This document shows positions 8,910 through 17,700 of a stretch of 19,587 bases of DNA, piece by piece. Within the stretch, counting starts at the first letter, position 1, and every line of letters starts with the position of its first letter. The stretch lies in IMG/VR virus record IMGVR_UViG_2563366928_000013; one strand, given 5' to 3'. Source of the DNA: a virus. Taxonomy: Duplodnaviria; Heunggongvirae; Uroviricota; Caudoviricetes. The translations under genes were made by a program, and so were the position numbers. The notes under the pieces are model-generated. The model searched no databases. It saw nothing but the letters and a program-made list of their open reading frames with translations, and was not told the origin of the DNA.

Positions 8910-9636
8910 CTATTGCATACCGCAGGGAATGACCAGAACGGAGCGCGAAGAATTAAAAAGTTTCGCTACACAGTGCGGGAATGCTGGCGACATCCAAAGT
9001 CTGGAACGCACTTTAATTATGATTGCGCACTGGATGCGTCAGGGGCAAAGGGTTTCATTTACTGAATATGCCAGCCAGTGGACAGAGGCACAGCGCGAAC
9101 GGAGCGACGGTAATCACTCAACACCCGAAATGGCGAAGCAATGGCCTTTCAGTGGTAAACGCTGTATCAGTCCCGGTGGTTCAGATTATTACCCTGCTGG
9201 TGTGGGAGATGAGCCATGTTGTGACGAGACTGAAATCCGCCACGCAGTGACAGTAATTACCGCTGAATACCCACAATTTAACCTTGACGGACTGGCGCTC
9301 CACAACCGGAATGCGGACTGGGAAAAACCGCTTGATAACCCGTCATTTATCGTATCGGCGAAAAGCTGCCTGAGATGGATCAGAGACAACGGGATGAGTA
9401 ATGCCCAGATTGAGAGCTTCCCGCAGGATAACCCCACATCTGACACGTTGAAGCATGAAGTGGAGCGATATAACCAGATAAACCACCAGCACAGTGATCA
9501 CCCGCACTATATCCCCAACGGAGCATTTATTGCGGCGATGGTGGCAAGCGGCTACAAGGTTAAGCCAGCGGGAAGAATGAACGCATTTTTCAATATTTCA
9601 AAAAAGGGATTATGTGCTGCTATGAGTAAAAATTAA
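8899..9636 (+). CDS. hypothetical protein, 245 aa
   Basis: GAGG RBS 7 nt before the ATG; coding-like length and composition. No recognisable motif. Confidence 0.55.
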   Translation: MSNNYCIPQGMTRTEREELKSFATQCGNAGDIQSLERTLIMIAHWMRQGQRVSFTEYASQWTEAQRERSDGNHSTPEMAKQWPFSGKRCISPGGSDYYPAGVGDEPCCDETEIRHAVTVITAEYPQFNLDGLALHNRNADWEKPLDNPSFIVSAKSCLRWIRDNGMSNAQIESFPQDNPTSDTLKHEVERYNQINHQHSDHPHYIPNGAFIAAMVASGYKVKPAGRMNAFFNISKKGLCAAMSKN

Positions 9637-9641
9637 ATAAA

Positions 9642-9746
9642 TGGTACAGGTCTGTACAGGTGGGGAGAGGTCATTTTTACCCACCTGTACCACCTGCAGG
9701 CCGCGCCACACAAGGGTTTGTGACATGGTGGTACAGGTGGTACAGC
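9642..9746. repeat. iteron cluster 2: at least four copies of the same GGTACAGGT / ACCTGTACC core in both orientations (9642-9651, 9652-9663, 9683-9692, 9729-9746)
   Basis: Same core as cluster 1, about 1.1 kb away; candidate crr-like second site. Confidence 0.6.
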
Positions 9747-10110
9747 AAAAACAGCGATTTTCTTTATAAGGTATGTTTTGCTCATCTGGCAGACGGAGGT
9801 ATTCGCTGCGGTTTGGCACGTAGCCCAGAACAGCAAAGAGTTTTACGAGACTTTTGTAAAATCCAGTGTACAAGGGCGTGACGTTTTTGAAGGAGAGACC
9901 TACGAAATTTTCGTAGTTCAAAAAATAGCCTCTGAGATGTTGTTATGCCTGTTCAGCAAACCATCCGCATAGCTGATCGCGAATCAAATTACCAATGGAG
10001 CCAGAAGCAAGGGCAGAACTGAAAAGCACCTGCCGTGAAGAGTAATGCGACACCATAAATATAGTTTTTAGAGTCCATAAAAAACCTGTCAAAACCTGAC
10101 ATACAGAACG

Positions 10111-10143
10111 ATGCCACCAGCTACTGAACGGTGGCATTTTTTT
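10111..10143 (+). terminator. intrinsic terminator (8-bp stem ATGCCACC/GGTGGCAT, then T7)
   Basis: Read directly; closes the replication-module transcript before the cargo cassette. Confidence 0.6.
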
Positions 10144-10238
10144 GTGCTATTTGTTTCATATTTTGCAATCACAATGATGAATATTGCGTTTTATGAAACT
10201 ATAATGACTGTTGTTTTATACAGTTCTAAGGGGGCGTT

Positions 10239-10412
10239 ATGGCTATTTCAGTAAAGCCGGTATTGATAAGTGAGAAGCAAATGGAAGCGATAAAGAAAAT
10301 TCAGGAGGAGCAGCGTAAAAAATCAGAGGTAGGAGTTGCGCCAACGATCCACGAAATTGCTCGGGGATTAATGGATAAGGCGCTGGCTTACACTTTAACT
10401 GGACGTGGGTAA
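10239..10412 (+). CDS. small hypothetical protein, 57 aa, possible DNA-binding regulator; first gene of the cargo cassette
   Basis: RBS AAGGGGG before the ATG; below the ORF-track size cutoff. Strand-then-helix pattern (VKPVLIS then EKQMEAIKKIQEEQ) is loosely ribbon-helix-helix-like, which is inference only. Confidence 0.35.
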   Translation: MAISVKPVLISEKQMEAIKKIQEEQRKKSEVGVAPTIHEIARGLMDKALAYTLTGRG

Positions 10413-10416
10413 ATCA

Positions 10417-11760
10417 ATGGCTACGTGGCAACAGGGTATTAATTCTGGTGGGTTTCTTGCTGGCATCGGTGCGCAAAATGAGAATGCGCCAAAGGCAAGC
10501 GACATTAACGCAACGCTTGGTCTGATCCGCGAAAACAATGAATTGGCTCGATCAGGTGCAAATAACGTTGCTCTGACAGGTCTTCGTGGTCTGGCTGGAG
10601 TTGCTGATATTTATAAGCAGCAGCAACAGCAGGAACGTAAAGCAGCATTCCAGAAAGGTTATGCGGATGCTTATGCGTCCGGCGACAGGGAGCAGATGCG
10701 TAATCTTATTACAGCATTCCCCGAAGAGTTTGAGGAAGTCCGTAAAGGCATGGGGTATGTCGATGACGCCCAGCGGGATGATTATGGCAATCTGGCGCTC
10801 AAAGCACAGGTAGCCTCATCGCTTGGTCCGGGCGCATTTGGCAGGTTCATGATGGATAATGAGCAGGAGATGCGTCGTTTAGGTATCCCTCCAGAAACTA
10901 TTGCTGAAATGCAGGTTAATGACCCGCAGGGCTTCCAGCATTTCGCAGGTAATCTGGCGCTGTTTTCTCTCGGTCATGAGAAGTACTTCGATATCAAAGA
11001 TCGAATGGAAGGCCGTCGACTTGAGCAAGGGCGACTGGATGAAAGTATGCGTCAGGCTGACATGGAGAACGCGAGAGGATGGGCAAATATCCAGAACGCT
11101 CAACTAGACAGGGCTCAGCGGGCACAAATTCACTCAGATGAGATGGGATTGAAGCTAATGGAGCTGGGGCAAAAAGGTAAGCCGTCAGCAGACTTAATTA
11201 AGGGATTAAATTCTGATATTACCAATTTTGGCAAAAATTATAACTCTGTCAGAGCGGCAGCAAACTCTCTGCAAGCCCTTAGCAAGGTAAATACTGGCGC
11301 TGCCCAACTTGGGATTATCTTCAACTACATGAAATCTCTTGACCCGCAGTCAGTCGTTCGTGAAGGCGAACAGGTTCAGGTAATGCGGTCTGATGGCATA
11401 TGGGGACAAATCAAAGGTTACATAGACCAGCTTAATGCTGGAAACGGCCTGTCGCAGGAGGCAAAGGATAACATTGTTAACGCCGCAAAAATCAACGCCA
11501 ATGCTATGGGGCAGCAGTTTAACCAGCAGGTTGACGAATATCTCGATACATATGGAGAAACCATTCCTCAGGGGCTAAGAAAAAGCCTTGAAAGAAGGAA
11601 AGCGAAGCTATTTGACGATGTTTCCGGGCAGCCTACATCACAGGCTGGCACTGGGCAGGCAAAAGCGGCAACCGGAGGAATATCAGAAGGCGCAACGGCA
11701 ACCAACCCTAAAACTGGTCAGAAAATTATTTACAGGAACGGAAAATGGCAGCAAATGTAA
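10417..11760 (+). CDS. hypothetical protein, about 447 aa, Gln/Asn/Ala/Gly-rich with predicted coiled-coil; no enzymatic motif seen
   Basis: Long ORF; ATG at 10417 is in frame with the ORF-track GTG at 10405. No Walker or nuclease motifs found by eye. Stop overlaps the start of the next gene. Confidence 0.6.
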   Translation: MATWQQGINSGGFLAGIGAQNENAPKASDINATLGLIRENNELARSGANNVALTGLRGLAGVADIYKQQQQQERKAAFQKGYADAYASGDREQMRNLITAFPEEFEEVRKGMGYVDDAQRDDYGNLALKAQVASSLGPGAFGRFMMDNEQEMRRLGIPPETIAEMQVNDPQGFQHFAGNLALFSLGHEKYFDIKDRMEGRRLEQGRLDESMRQADMENARGWANIQNAQLDRAQRAQIHSDEMGLKLMELGQKGKPSADLIKGLNSDITNFGKNYNSVRAAANSLQALSKVNTGAAQLGIIFNYMKSLDPQSVVREGEQVQVMRSDGIWGQIKGYIDQLNAGNGLSQEAKDNIVNAAKINANAMGQQFNQQVDEYLDTYGETIPQGLRKSLERRKAKLFDDVSGQPTSQAGTGQAKAATGGISEGATATNPKTGQKIIYRNGKWQQM

Positions 11761-13862
11761 TCTTACCGGAAGGTTTTGTGCTCGATGAACAACCTGATAA
11801 CTCACAGTTTCCTGATAGTTCACAGCTTCCTGATGGTTTTGTGCTTGATGCCCAACCAGAACAGCAGCAATCACCTTTGGTTTCACCATGGGAAAATTCC
11901 AGACAGGAAAATGTTGTTAATAATGCTAACGGTTTCGACCGTTTTATGTATGGCGTTCTCAGTGGATTGATGGATGTTGGTAAAGGTGTTGGCCTGTTTC
12001 AGGATATGACACCAGAAGAGCAAGCCGCAATTCAGTCTCTACAGCAGAAGTTAGCGGCAAAACCATCAACCGCACAAGATGTTGGTGAGTTCGTTGGACA
12101 AGCAGCACCATTTGTTAGTGGTGGTGGGATTATTTCTCAGGTTCCGAAAGGGGCGGCAAGGCTGGCTGCCGCCGCAGGGCTTGGTGCTGGAGAAGGGGCT
12201 ATTGTAGCCAATGGAACAAATAGCGATGTTGCTTCCGGCGCTGCTATTGGCGCTGTGGCTGGCCCTGTAGCCGAACTTGCTGGCCCTGCAATTAATAAAA
12301 TAGCTGGGAAATTAACCAAGAAGAATGTTTCTTCGATTCCAGATATTGAGGGGATTACTCCTGCCGAAGAGAAAATTCGTAAGTTATCTGCACAAGGCAA
12401 CCCAAATCTTGCCTCTTCGCTTGAAGGGCTAGATCTAAAACCTCAGAAAGAAATTGTTGAGGCTGCAAATAGGCTTCATGTTGATTCAGTTCTTCCTTCT
12501 CATTTTTCAGGAAATGAGCAATACCAAGCTGTAGAGCAAGCCCTAAAGTCACGGACAGGATCAGCGTTAAAAGCTCAAGAAGATAAAGCAATAAGCGAAT
12601 TAGCCTCTAGTGCTGGCAAGATAATCAATGATGTTGCTGGTGCGCCAGATGCGTTAGCTATGAGCGAAAAATATATTTATCAGATAAATAGTAGAATGGA
12701 AGCACTAAAAAACCGTAGTGATCAGTTATATAAACGTGTTGATTCCGCTCTATCACCAAGAACAAAAGTCGAAGCAAATAACACAAGCACTATGCTGGAA
12801 AAAATCGCTGATGATTTAGGTGGGTGGGATAATCTTGACCCAATAGAAAAGCGAGTTTTTACAGCAATAAACCCCGGCCCAGATAGCATCCTAACGTATG
12901 CAAATTTAAACAGGCAAAGGCGTTTAGTTGGTGATGCCCTAAATAAAAAGCAGGGGCCATACAAAGATGCTGATAAAGAAGCGCTATCAAGACTATATGG
13001 AGCTTTAGCTGAAGACCAAAAATCTGTCTTATCCAATACTGGATACTTGCGAGATTTCGAAGTCGCACAACGCCTTGTAGCTATGAGAAAAAACTTAGAA
13101 AGGCAAATGGTAAATCTTCGCGGGAAAACACTTAATGGGGATATAGCGTATAAAGTAACGAATTCTCTTCAATCTATGGCAAAAGGTGATGCGAGAGGGT
13201 TTCGTGAGATTATGCAAAATACTCCATCAAGAACATTGCGAAGGGAGCTAGTAGGAACAGCATTAAGAGATATGCTTTCCTCTGGAAAGCGCGGGGCCGA
13301 CTTTAATCCATCTGGCTTTGCAGATTGGTGGCAAAACTTGCAACACAGTGGACAGCTAAAGACTTTGGCTGAACATTTGCCAAAAGAAACAATGAGCGGA
13401 CTATATGATGTATACAAAGTTGCCAGAGCAATAAAAAATGCTAAAGCGCATGAAATATCTACTGGTAAGCTGAATGAGTTTGTAAACAGATTTAATCGGG
13501 TAACAGCTCCATACGAACTAGCAGCAAAACACATTCAAAAAATAGGCACGATGATAGGCGCTCATTTTGGATCGCTTGGAGCCATTGCTGGGGCTGATAT
13601 TGGAGCAAGATTGGCGAGTAAAGCTCGATTAGCTGGTGGAGCAGGGGCGGCTGATGCTGCGGATAAATTAATTGCCTCGCCAGCCTTCCAGAGCGCAGTA
13701 AAAAATCTACACGGAAAAGCGCCTGGGCACATTGTTGATTCACGTATTAGGCGCTCCCCTCAATGGAAGAGTTTTTTTAACTCTCTTCCTGAACAGGAAA
13801 AACGGACCATCGCCCGACTGGGCATCATTACTTGGCTATCTAATGATCCAGATAATGACTAG
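11745..13862 (+). CDS. hypothetical protein, 705 aa; N-terminal PEGFVLDEQP / PDGFVLDAQP duplication, two Gly/Ala-rich glycine-zipper-like segments, long helical middle
   Basis: ATG at 11745 overlaps the upstream gene by 16 nt. Composition read from the translation; no P-loop or catalytic motif recognised. Confidence 0.65.
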   Translation: MAANVILPEGFVLDEQPDNSQFPDSSQLPDGFVLDAQPEQQQSPLVSPWENSRQENVVNNANGFDRFMYGVLSGLMDVGKGVGLFQDMTPEEQAAIQSLQQKLAAKPSTAQDVGEFVGQAAPFVSGGGIISQVPKGAARLAAAAGLGAGEGAIVANGTNSDVASGAAIGAVAGPVAELAGPAINKIAGKLTKKNVSSIPDIEGITPAEEKIRKLSAQGNPNLASSLEGLDLKPQKEIVEAANRLHVDSVLPSHFSGNEQYQAVEQALKSRTGSALKAQEDKAISELASSAGKIINDVAGAPDALAMSEKYIYQINSRMEALKNRSDQLYKRVDSALSPRTKVEANNTSTMLEKIADDLGGWDNLDPIEKRVFTAINPGPDSILTYANLNRQRRLVGDALNKKQGPYKDADKEALSRLYGALAEDQKSVLSNTGYLRDFEVAQRLVAMRKNLERQMVNLRGKTLNGDIAYKVTNSLQSMAKGDARGFREIMQNTPSRTLRRELVGTALRDMLSSGKRGADFNPSGFADWWQNLQHSGQLKTLAEHLPKETMSGLYDVYKVARAIKNAKAHEISTGKLNEFVNRFNRVTAPYELAAKHIQKIGTMIGAHFGSLGAIAGADIGARLASKARLAGGAGAADAADKLIASPAFQSAVKNLHGKAPGHIVDSRIRRSPQWKSFFNSLPEQEKRTIARLGIITWLSNDPDND

Positions 13863-13881
13863 TGAATGGCCACGGATGGCC

Positions 13882-14238
13882 TCAATCTTTATTCTTTGAA
13901 ATAGAGTCATTGATCTTTTCGAAACACCAATGAAATCCACAAAAGAGAGCTACACCAATATAACAATACAAAACTATCAACCACCTTTCAGTGTCCGAAG
14001 GGTAAAAAACATCAATTATATAAGCAACACCAATTGGTATTAATGCTAGTAATAACATCGACATAGGACGTACAAACTTCTGAACTATATCAATTTTATA
14101 GAACCACAAGGCGGTATGTTTAATGATATAAGTAAAGATGGCTGCGCCAATAATGGCAAAAAACACCATCGATAAGGTCGGGTATAACTTTGCGACAATT
14201 AAACCCAACAAAATAATTATAACTGCCTGCCCCCTCAC
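13882..14238 (-). CDS. small hydrophobic membrane protein, 118 aa, about 3-4 predicted TM helices
   Basis: GTG start with AAGGGGG RBS on the minus strand; hydrophobic runs IIILLGLIV, VFFAIIGAAIFTYII, LLLALIPIGVAYII, IVLYCYIGVALF. Convergent with the 705-aa gene, 19-bp gap. Confidence 0.5.
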   Translation of the reverse strand: MRGQAVIIILLGLIVAKLYPTLSMVFFAIIGAAIFTYIIKHTALWFYKIDIVQKFVRPMSMLLLALIPIGVAYIIDVFYPSDTERWLIVLYCYIGVALFCGFHWCFEKINDSISKNKD

Positions 14239-14353
14239 ACCAACCCCCTTTAGCGTTGTTTAGAATGGCAATCATCATATATCCAAGACATGGCATTTGG
14301 TACATAGCTTGGGTCGGGATTTCAAATCCGCCCCCAGTTGATGGGGCCGTTAC

Positions 14354-14727
14354 AGTACGCGCATATCCGCTTTATGTGAAACAGGAAGATTTTTCTGATA
14401 TCACTGCCACAGCAAAACACCAATTTCGTGACCAGTACGCGCGCGAGGGGTATCAGTTGCAAAAAGTTTTGCAACTACGTCCGACCAGTACGCGCACGAT
14501 GGAGGGGAGTACCATGAAACTGTTCTCTACACGAGACAGAGTGGTGGTGATGTGTTGATTATCGGCGTATATGCGCACAGGACGCGCTATGACGATGTTT
14601 TATGCGGGTACACCAATCACATGTATCTGGTGTGATAAATCGCGTTACATGACCTCTCTGTTGTGCTGGTGGTTATCACGACGTTCTGAATCTGGCCTTT
14701 GCCTGATATTTTGCGACAAGTACGCGC
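14354..14727 (+). repeat. array of AGTACGCGC-core direct repeats (14354, 14434, 14487, 14719) with an embedded 20-bp palindrome (14456-14475) and a second repeated motif ATTATCGG..GCGTAT (14558, 14741)
   Basis: Exact 9-mer four times on one strand within about 375 bp; extended motif GAC(C/A)AGTACGCGC(G/A)CG. Lies between the membrane gene and Abi_2; local GC is higher than the flanks. Confidence 0.5.
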
Positions 14728-15107
14728 GCGTAGCATCGAAATTATCGGATGGCGTATGCTGCTGGCAATATGAAGACCGATAGTATTAACCGAAAAGCGA
14801 TTAAGGAGTGCCAACTTTTCAGTAGAGAAACTAGACAGCATAGGAAAATGTAGAAATTACCCAATTAATAGGTAAAAGTTATTGACACAGCCTGTAGTGG
14901 ATAACGATATGAATAAAAACCACATATAGTGGTTTTTCGTGAGTGATGATAGTACCTATGTTAGTTTCCTAAGTAACTGTGCATTGACATGTGGATAACT
15001 TCGGATAGAGTTACAGGCAACCGAGCCCGATCCTCTGTTTCTCCGCCGCCGATTTCAGGCATGTGAGTTTCACGGTCGGGCCTTTTATTATCTTTTGTTT
15101 CGCCACT

Positions 15108-16085
15108 ATGATTGCCGCAAAGCCTCATAAGGACTATCACGAATTGCTAGGATTGCTACTTGAACGTGGCATGATTATCAATGATCGAAATCGTGCGATA
15201 CGTAAGCTGTCGCAGGTTGGATATTATCGATTGTCAGGTTTTTGGTACCCATCAAGAATTATTGCGACAACAGATAAAGGTCTTTCGTACAGAACAGACC
15301 GATTTCTTACTGGTACCAGTTTCGAGAAGACGTACGATCTATATCTTTTTGACAAAAAACTGCGTCTTTTGATGATTGATGCTATCGAAAGAATAGAGAT
15401 TCATGTTCGTTCAGTCATCGCGCATGAGGTTGGTCGCAATGATCCACTTGCCTACATGTCATCAAAATACATTAATCCAAAATTCTCATCTGCCTTCGAG
15501 CATTGGGTGTATAAGCAAAAAGTAAAATTAGACGAAAGCAGAGATGACTGTATTGAATGGCATCGAAGCCAAGGCAAGGAGATTCCATTTTGGGTGGCGG
15601 TGGAGACCTGGGATTTTGGTCAGATGTCTAAATATTATGCGATGCTTAATGGTCATATGCAGGGGAAAATTATACGTCGTTTTGGCATTGATAATAAGCA
15701 GACATTTGCAAAATGGTTGAAGTGCCTTAATCTCATAAGGAATCGTTGCGCTCACCATTCCAGAATATGGAATAGAAAGCATCCCCGAGTTCCAGTACCG
15801 GATAATGAATACTTTGACGGACTTAATCTCCATCCAGAGAGTTGCGAGAGGATTTTTAGCGCGATCTGTATTATCTGGTACTTAGTTAAACGACTTGGTC
15901 CGGGATCAACATGGCTTCGGCAAATTGCAGACCTTATTGACTCTAAACCAAATGTTCCCGGATGTGGATATGATTCAATGGGTTTACCTGCTAAAGGATT
16001 CCCACGAGAGAGATTCTCTCAGGACTTAGGTTTTGTTATCGCCGACAACGACCCTGTAGCTGAAGGGCGGAAAGGGAGCGATTGA
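15108..16085 (+). CDS. Abi_2-family abortive-infection protein (AbiD/AbiF-like), about 325 aa
   Basis: Motifs LSQVGYYRLSGFWYP, IERIEIHVRSVIAHE and NLIRNRCAHHSRIWNR match the Abi_2 family as recalled. ATG at 15108 preferred over the ORF-track GTG at 15063; no clear SD at either. Confidence 0.55.
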   Translation: MIAAKPHKDYHELLGLLLERGMIINDRNRAIRKLSQVGYYRLSGFWYPSRIIATTDKGLSYRTDRFLTGTSFEKTYDLYLFDKKLRLLMIDAIERIEIHVRSVIAHEVGRNDPLAYMSSKYINPKFSSAFEHWVYKQKVKLDESRDDCIEWHRSQGKEIPFWVAVETWDFGQMSKYYAMLNGHMQGKIIRRFGIDNKQTFAKWLKCLNLIRNRCAHHSRIWNRKHPRVPVPDNEYFDGLNLHPESCERIFSAICIIWYLVKRLGPGSTWLRQIADLIDSKPNVPGCGYDSMGLPAKGFPRERFSQDLGFVIADNDPVAEGRKGSD

Positions 16086-16114
16086 GCGATAAATATCATT
16101 TATACACTGATCAA

Positions 16115-16555
16115 TTACTGAAGCAGCGTATTGATTCTTTTAATATTGTTACCCTGACGCTTCCACGCGCTGTAAATGTCTTTATCCCACGCTTTACCAG
16201 CTTTTGTTTGGTAGCCTGCTTCATTGAGCCGTTCAGCTATCACACGCCCATTATCAAATCCCTGTCGGATGGTATCGGCAATGATCTTTATAACTGCCGT
16301 TTCGTTATATGGCTTTGGTGGGGTGTTCGGCTTTCCGGCAATAAGCGATGCTGCGGCTTTTTCCATGCGCTCCACCAGCCCAAGCATTCGTGAATCAATA
16401 GACTTTTCCGGCTGTCCCAGCTTCATGCGAATCGCATCAACAAGCCAGGAGGTTTTATCCCCTCCAGAAGCGAGAACAGACCGATTAAACTCATCCTGCA
16501 ATTCAGATGGGATGCGGAACGCGATCAGATTAGATTTGCTCATTGCAAAGACCAT
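16115..16555 (-). CDS. putative DNA-binding protein, 146 aa: RHH-like N-terminus and recombinase-domain-like C-terminal segment
   Basis: N-terminus SKSNLIAFRIPSELQDEFNRS is strand-helix like; C-terminus VIAERLNEAGYQTKAGKAWDKDIYSAWKRQ resembles the IA..LN..G..T..G..W pattern of recombinase DNA-binding domains. Convergent with Abi_2, 29-bp gap. Confidence 0.45.
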   Translation of the reverse strand: MVFAMSKSNLIAFRIPSELQDEFNRSVLASGGDKTSWLVDAIRMKLGQPEKSIDSRMLGLVERMEKAAASLIAGKPNTPPKPYNETAVIKIIADTIRQGFDNGRVIAERLNEAGYQTKAGKAWDKDIYSAWKRQGNNIKRINTLLQ

Positions 16556-16657
16556 ATCAGTGAGTAATATCCATACAGTATACCACTGTATAACACTGTT
16601 ATACGCTCAAATATCAGCCAGAAAATAACGGACCAATCGCAAATCTATCGCTGTGTT

Positions 16658-16778
16658 GTTGGTTCAGAGCTGGGCTGTGTTGGTTCAAAATGAGTTGATG
16701 TTGGTTCAATATTTTAGAAAAAACACAATAAAAACAACGCTCTTTACAAATTGAACCAACTGAACCAACTGAACCAAC
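16658..16778. promoter_or_regulatory. operator-like iteron array: GTTGGTTCA at 16658, 16679, 16700 (21-bp phasing) and three tandem reverse-complement copies TGAACCAAC at 16752-16778
   Basis: Exact repeats read from the sequence, in the divergent intergenic region between the 146-aa gene and the PerC-like gene. Confidence 0.55.
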
Positions 16779-16814
16779 ACCTTTTTGCTTATCTATATAA
16801 TCTGAGAGGCAGAA

Positions 16815-17102
16815 ATGATAAAGGACAGGAAAGCTGAAGAGCTGGAGTCAAAAGGGCTATACCGGAGAGCTGCCGCACGATGGGCAGAAGTCATGATGCT
16901 GGCAGATGGCGATAAAGAACGTGAACATGCAGCAAACAGACGCTCTGAATGTATCCGTAAGGCGGCACGCCCACCAGCAACTACAGACAGATTCGGAGAT
17001 TTAAGACAGGCAGTTAAGCGGACTCATTCGGCTCTTGGTATGGATGAGGAAGCGAGAGGGTACTTCAGGCGTTATCGCGATAAAGATTGCCAGAGACAGT
17101 AA
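16815..17102 (+). CDS. PerC-family transcriptional activator-like protein, 95 aa
   Basis: N-terminus KAEELESKGLYRRAAARWAEVM resembles the PerC/Pch family as recalled; GAGAGG RBS 5-6 nt upstream. Confidence 0.45.
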   Translation: MIKDRKAEELESKGLYRRAAARWAEVMMLADGDKEREHAANRRSECIRKAARPPATTDRFGDLRQAVKRTHSALGMDEEARGYFRRYRDKDCQRQ

Positions 17103-17214
17103 TGCTCTCTCTGTTTTGGCAAATTACCCCTCACTTTGAAGGGAGCGGAGCTATAAAAATGGTTTTAGGTACATTCCTCAAATTGAGGATTGTGGGAAAA
17201 CCAATGAGTTAGGC

Positions 17215-17235
17215 TTTTCCCCCAATGGGGGTTTT
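17215..17235. terminator. short GC hairpin CCCCCAATGGGGG flanked by T runs on both sides; candidate bidirectional terminator
   Basis: Read directly; about 110 bp after the PerC-like stop. Confidence 0.4.
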
Positions 17236-17664
17236 CGAAAGAATCAATGGGTTAGTCCATCGTGCAAATTTGCACCCTGCCAGCCAACGCAATTTCTCGT
17301 TGGCGAAAATATCAGGTATTTACTGAACGAACGGTCTACCAGTCTGTTCAGTTACCAGTTGCATATGGCTGTTTCATGTGAGAACGGAGGTTTTTTCGGA
17401 CATCACTATTGGGTACAGCAATTTCACGAGCAATACGCGCGCGCAGGACAACAAGCCTGAACATGGTTACACACCTCGATCGTGAGGGATGTAGGCAATG
17501 GCTTCTGACCAAAGCACCCGAAAAAACCGTGTACATAAGGGTGTACATAATCAAAAATCGCATTAGGAAGAAACCAGCTACAATGCGGCATTGAAGCCAA
17601 TACTCTACAAACAGATTCAACATTGAATAACTCGTAACGCCAATTCTTACTTTTCAGCCTTCAC

Positions 17665-17700
17665 AAATGCCGCCCACTCAAACAGAGCGGCATTTTTCTT
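17665..17700 (+). terminator. intrinsic terminator (9-bp stem AAATGCCGC/GCGGCATTT followed by TTTTTCTT)
   Basis: Read directly; plus-strand orientation implies a plus-strand transcript from the otherwise non-coding 17236-17665 stretch. Confidence 0.5.

Noticed and set aside
8503-9760. Possible CRISPR array suggested by the recurring GGTACAGGT units
   Set aside because: Units are about 10 bp, occur in both orientations, are irregularly spaced and have no uniform spacers; consistent with iterons instead.
12137-13743. Minus-strand ORFs inside the 705-aa gene (12137-12400, 12355-12591, 12722-13036, 12859-13068, 13169-13534, 13492-13743)
   Set aside because: Overlapping antisense frames with low-complexity translations; the long plus-strand frame is far better supported.
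14311-14350. tRNA-like segment GGGTCGGGATTTCAAATCCGCCCCCAG containing a TTCAAAT T-loop-like heptamer
   Set aside because: Flanking bases do not form a 5-bp T-stem or anticodon stem on either strand and no acceptor stem is evident. Not called as a tRNA; it could still be a degenerate att-site remnant.
14256-14783. ORF-track ORFs 14256-14558 and 14571-14783 (plus) and 14617-14841 (minus)
   Set aside because: They lie across the repeat and palindrome-rich region, have no RBS and unusual composition; more likely non-coding.
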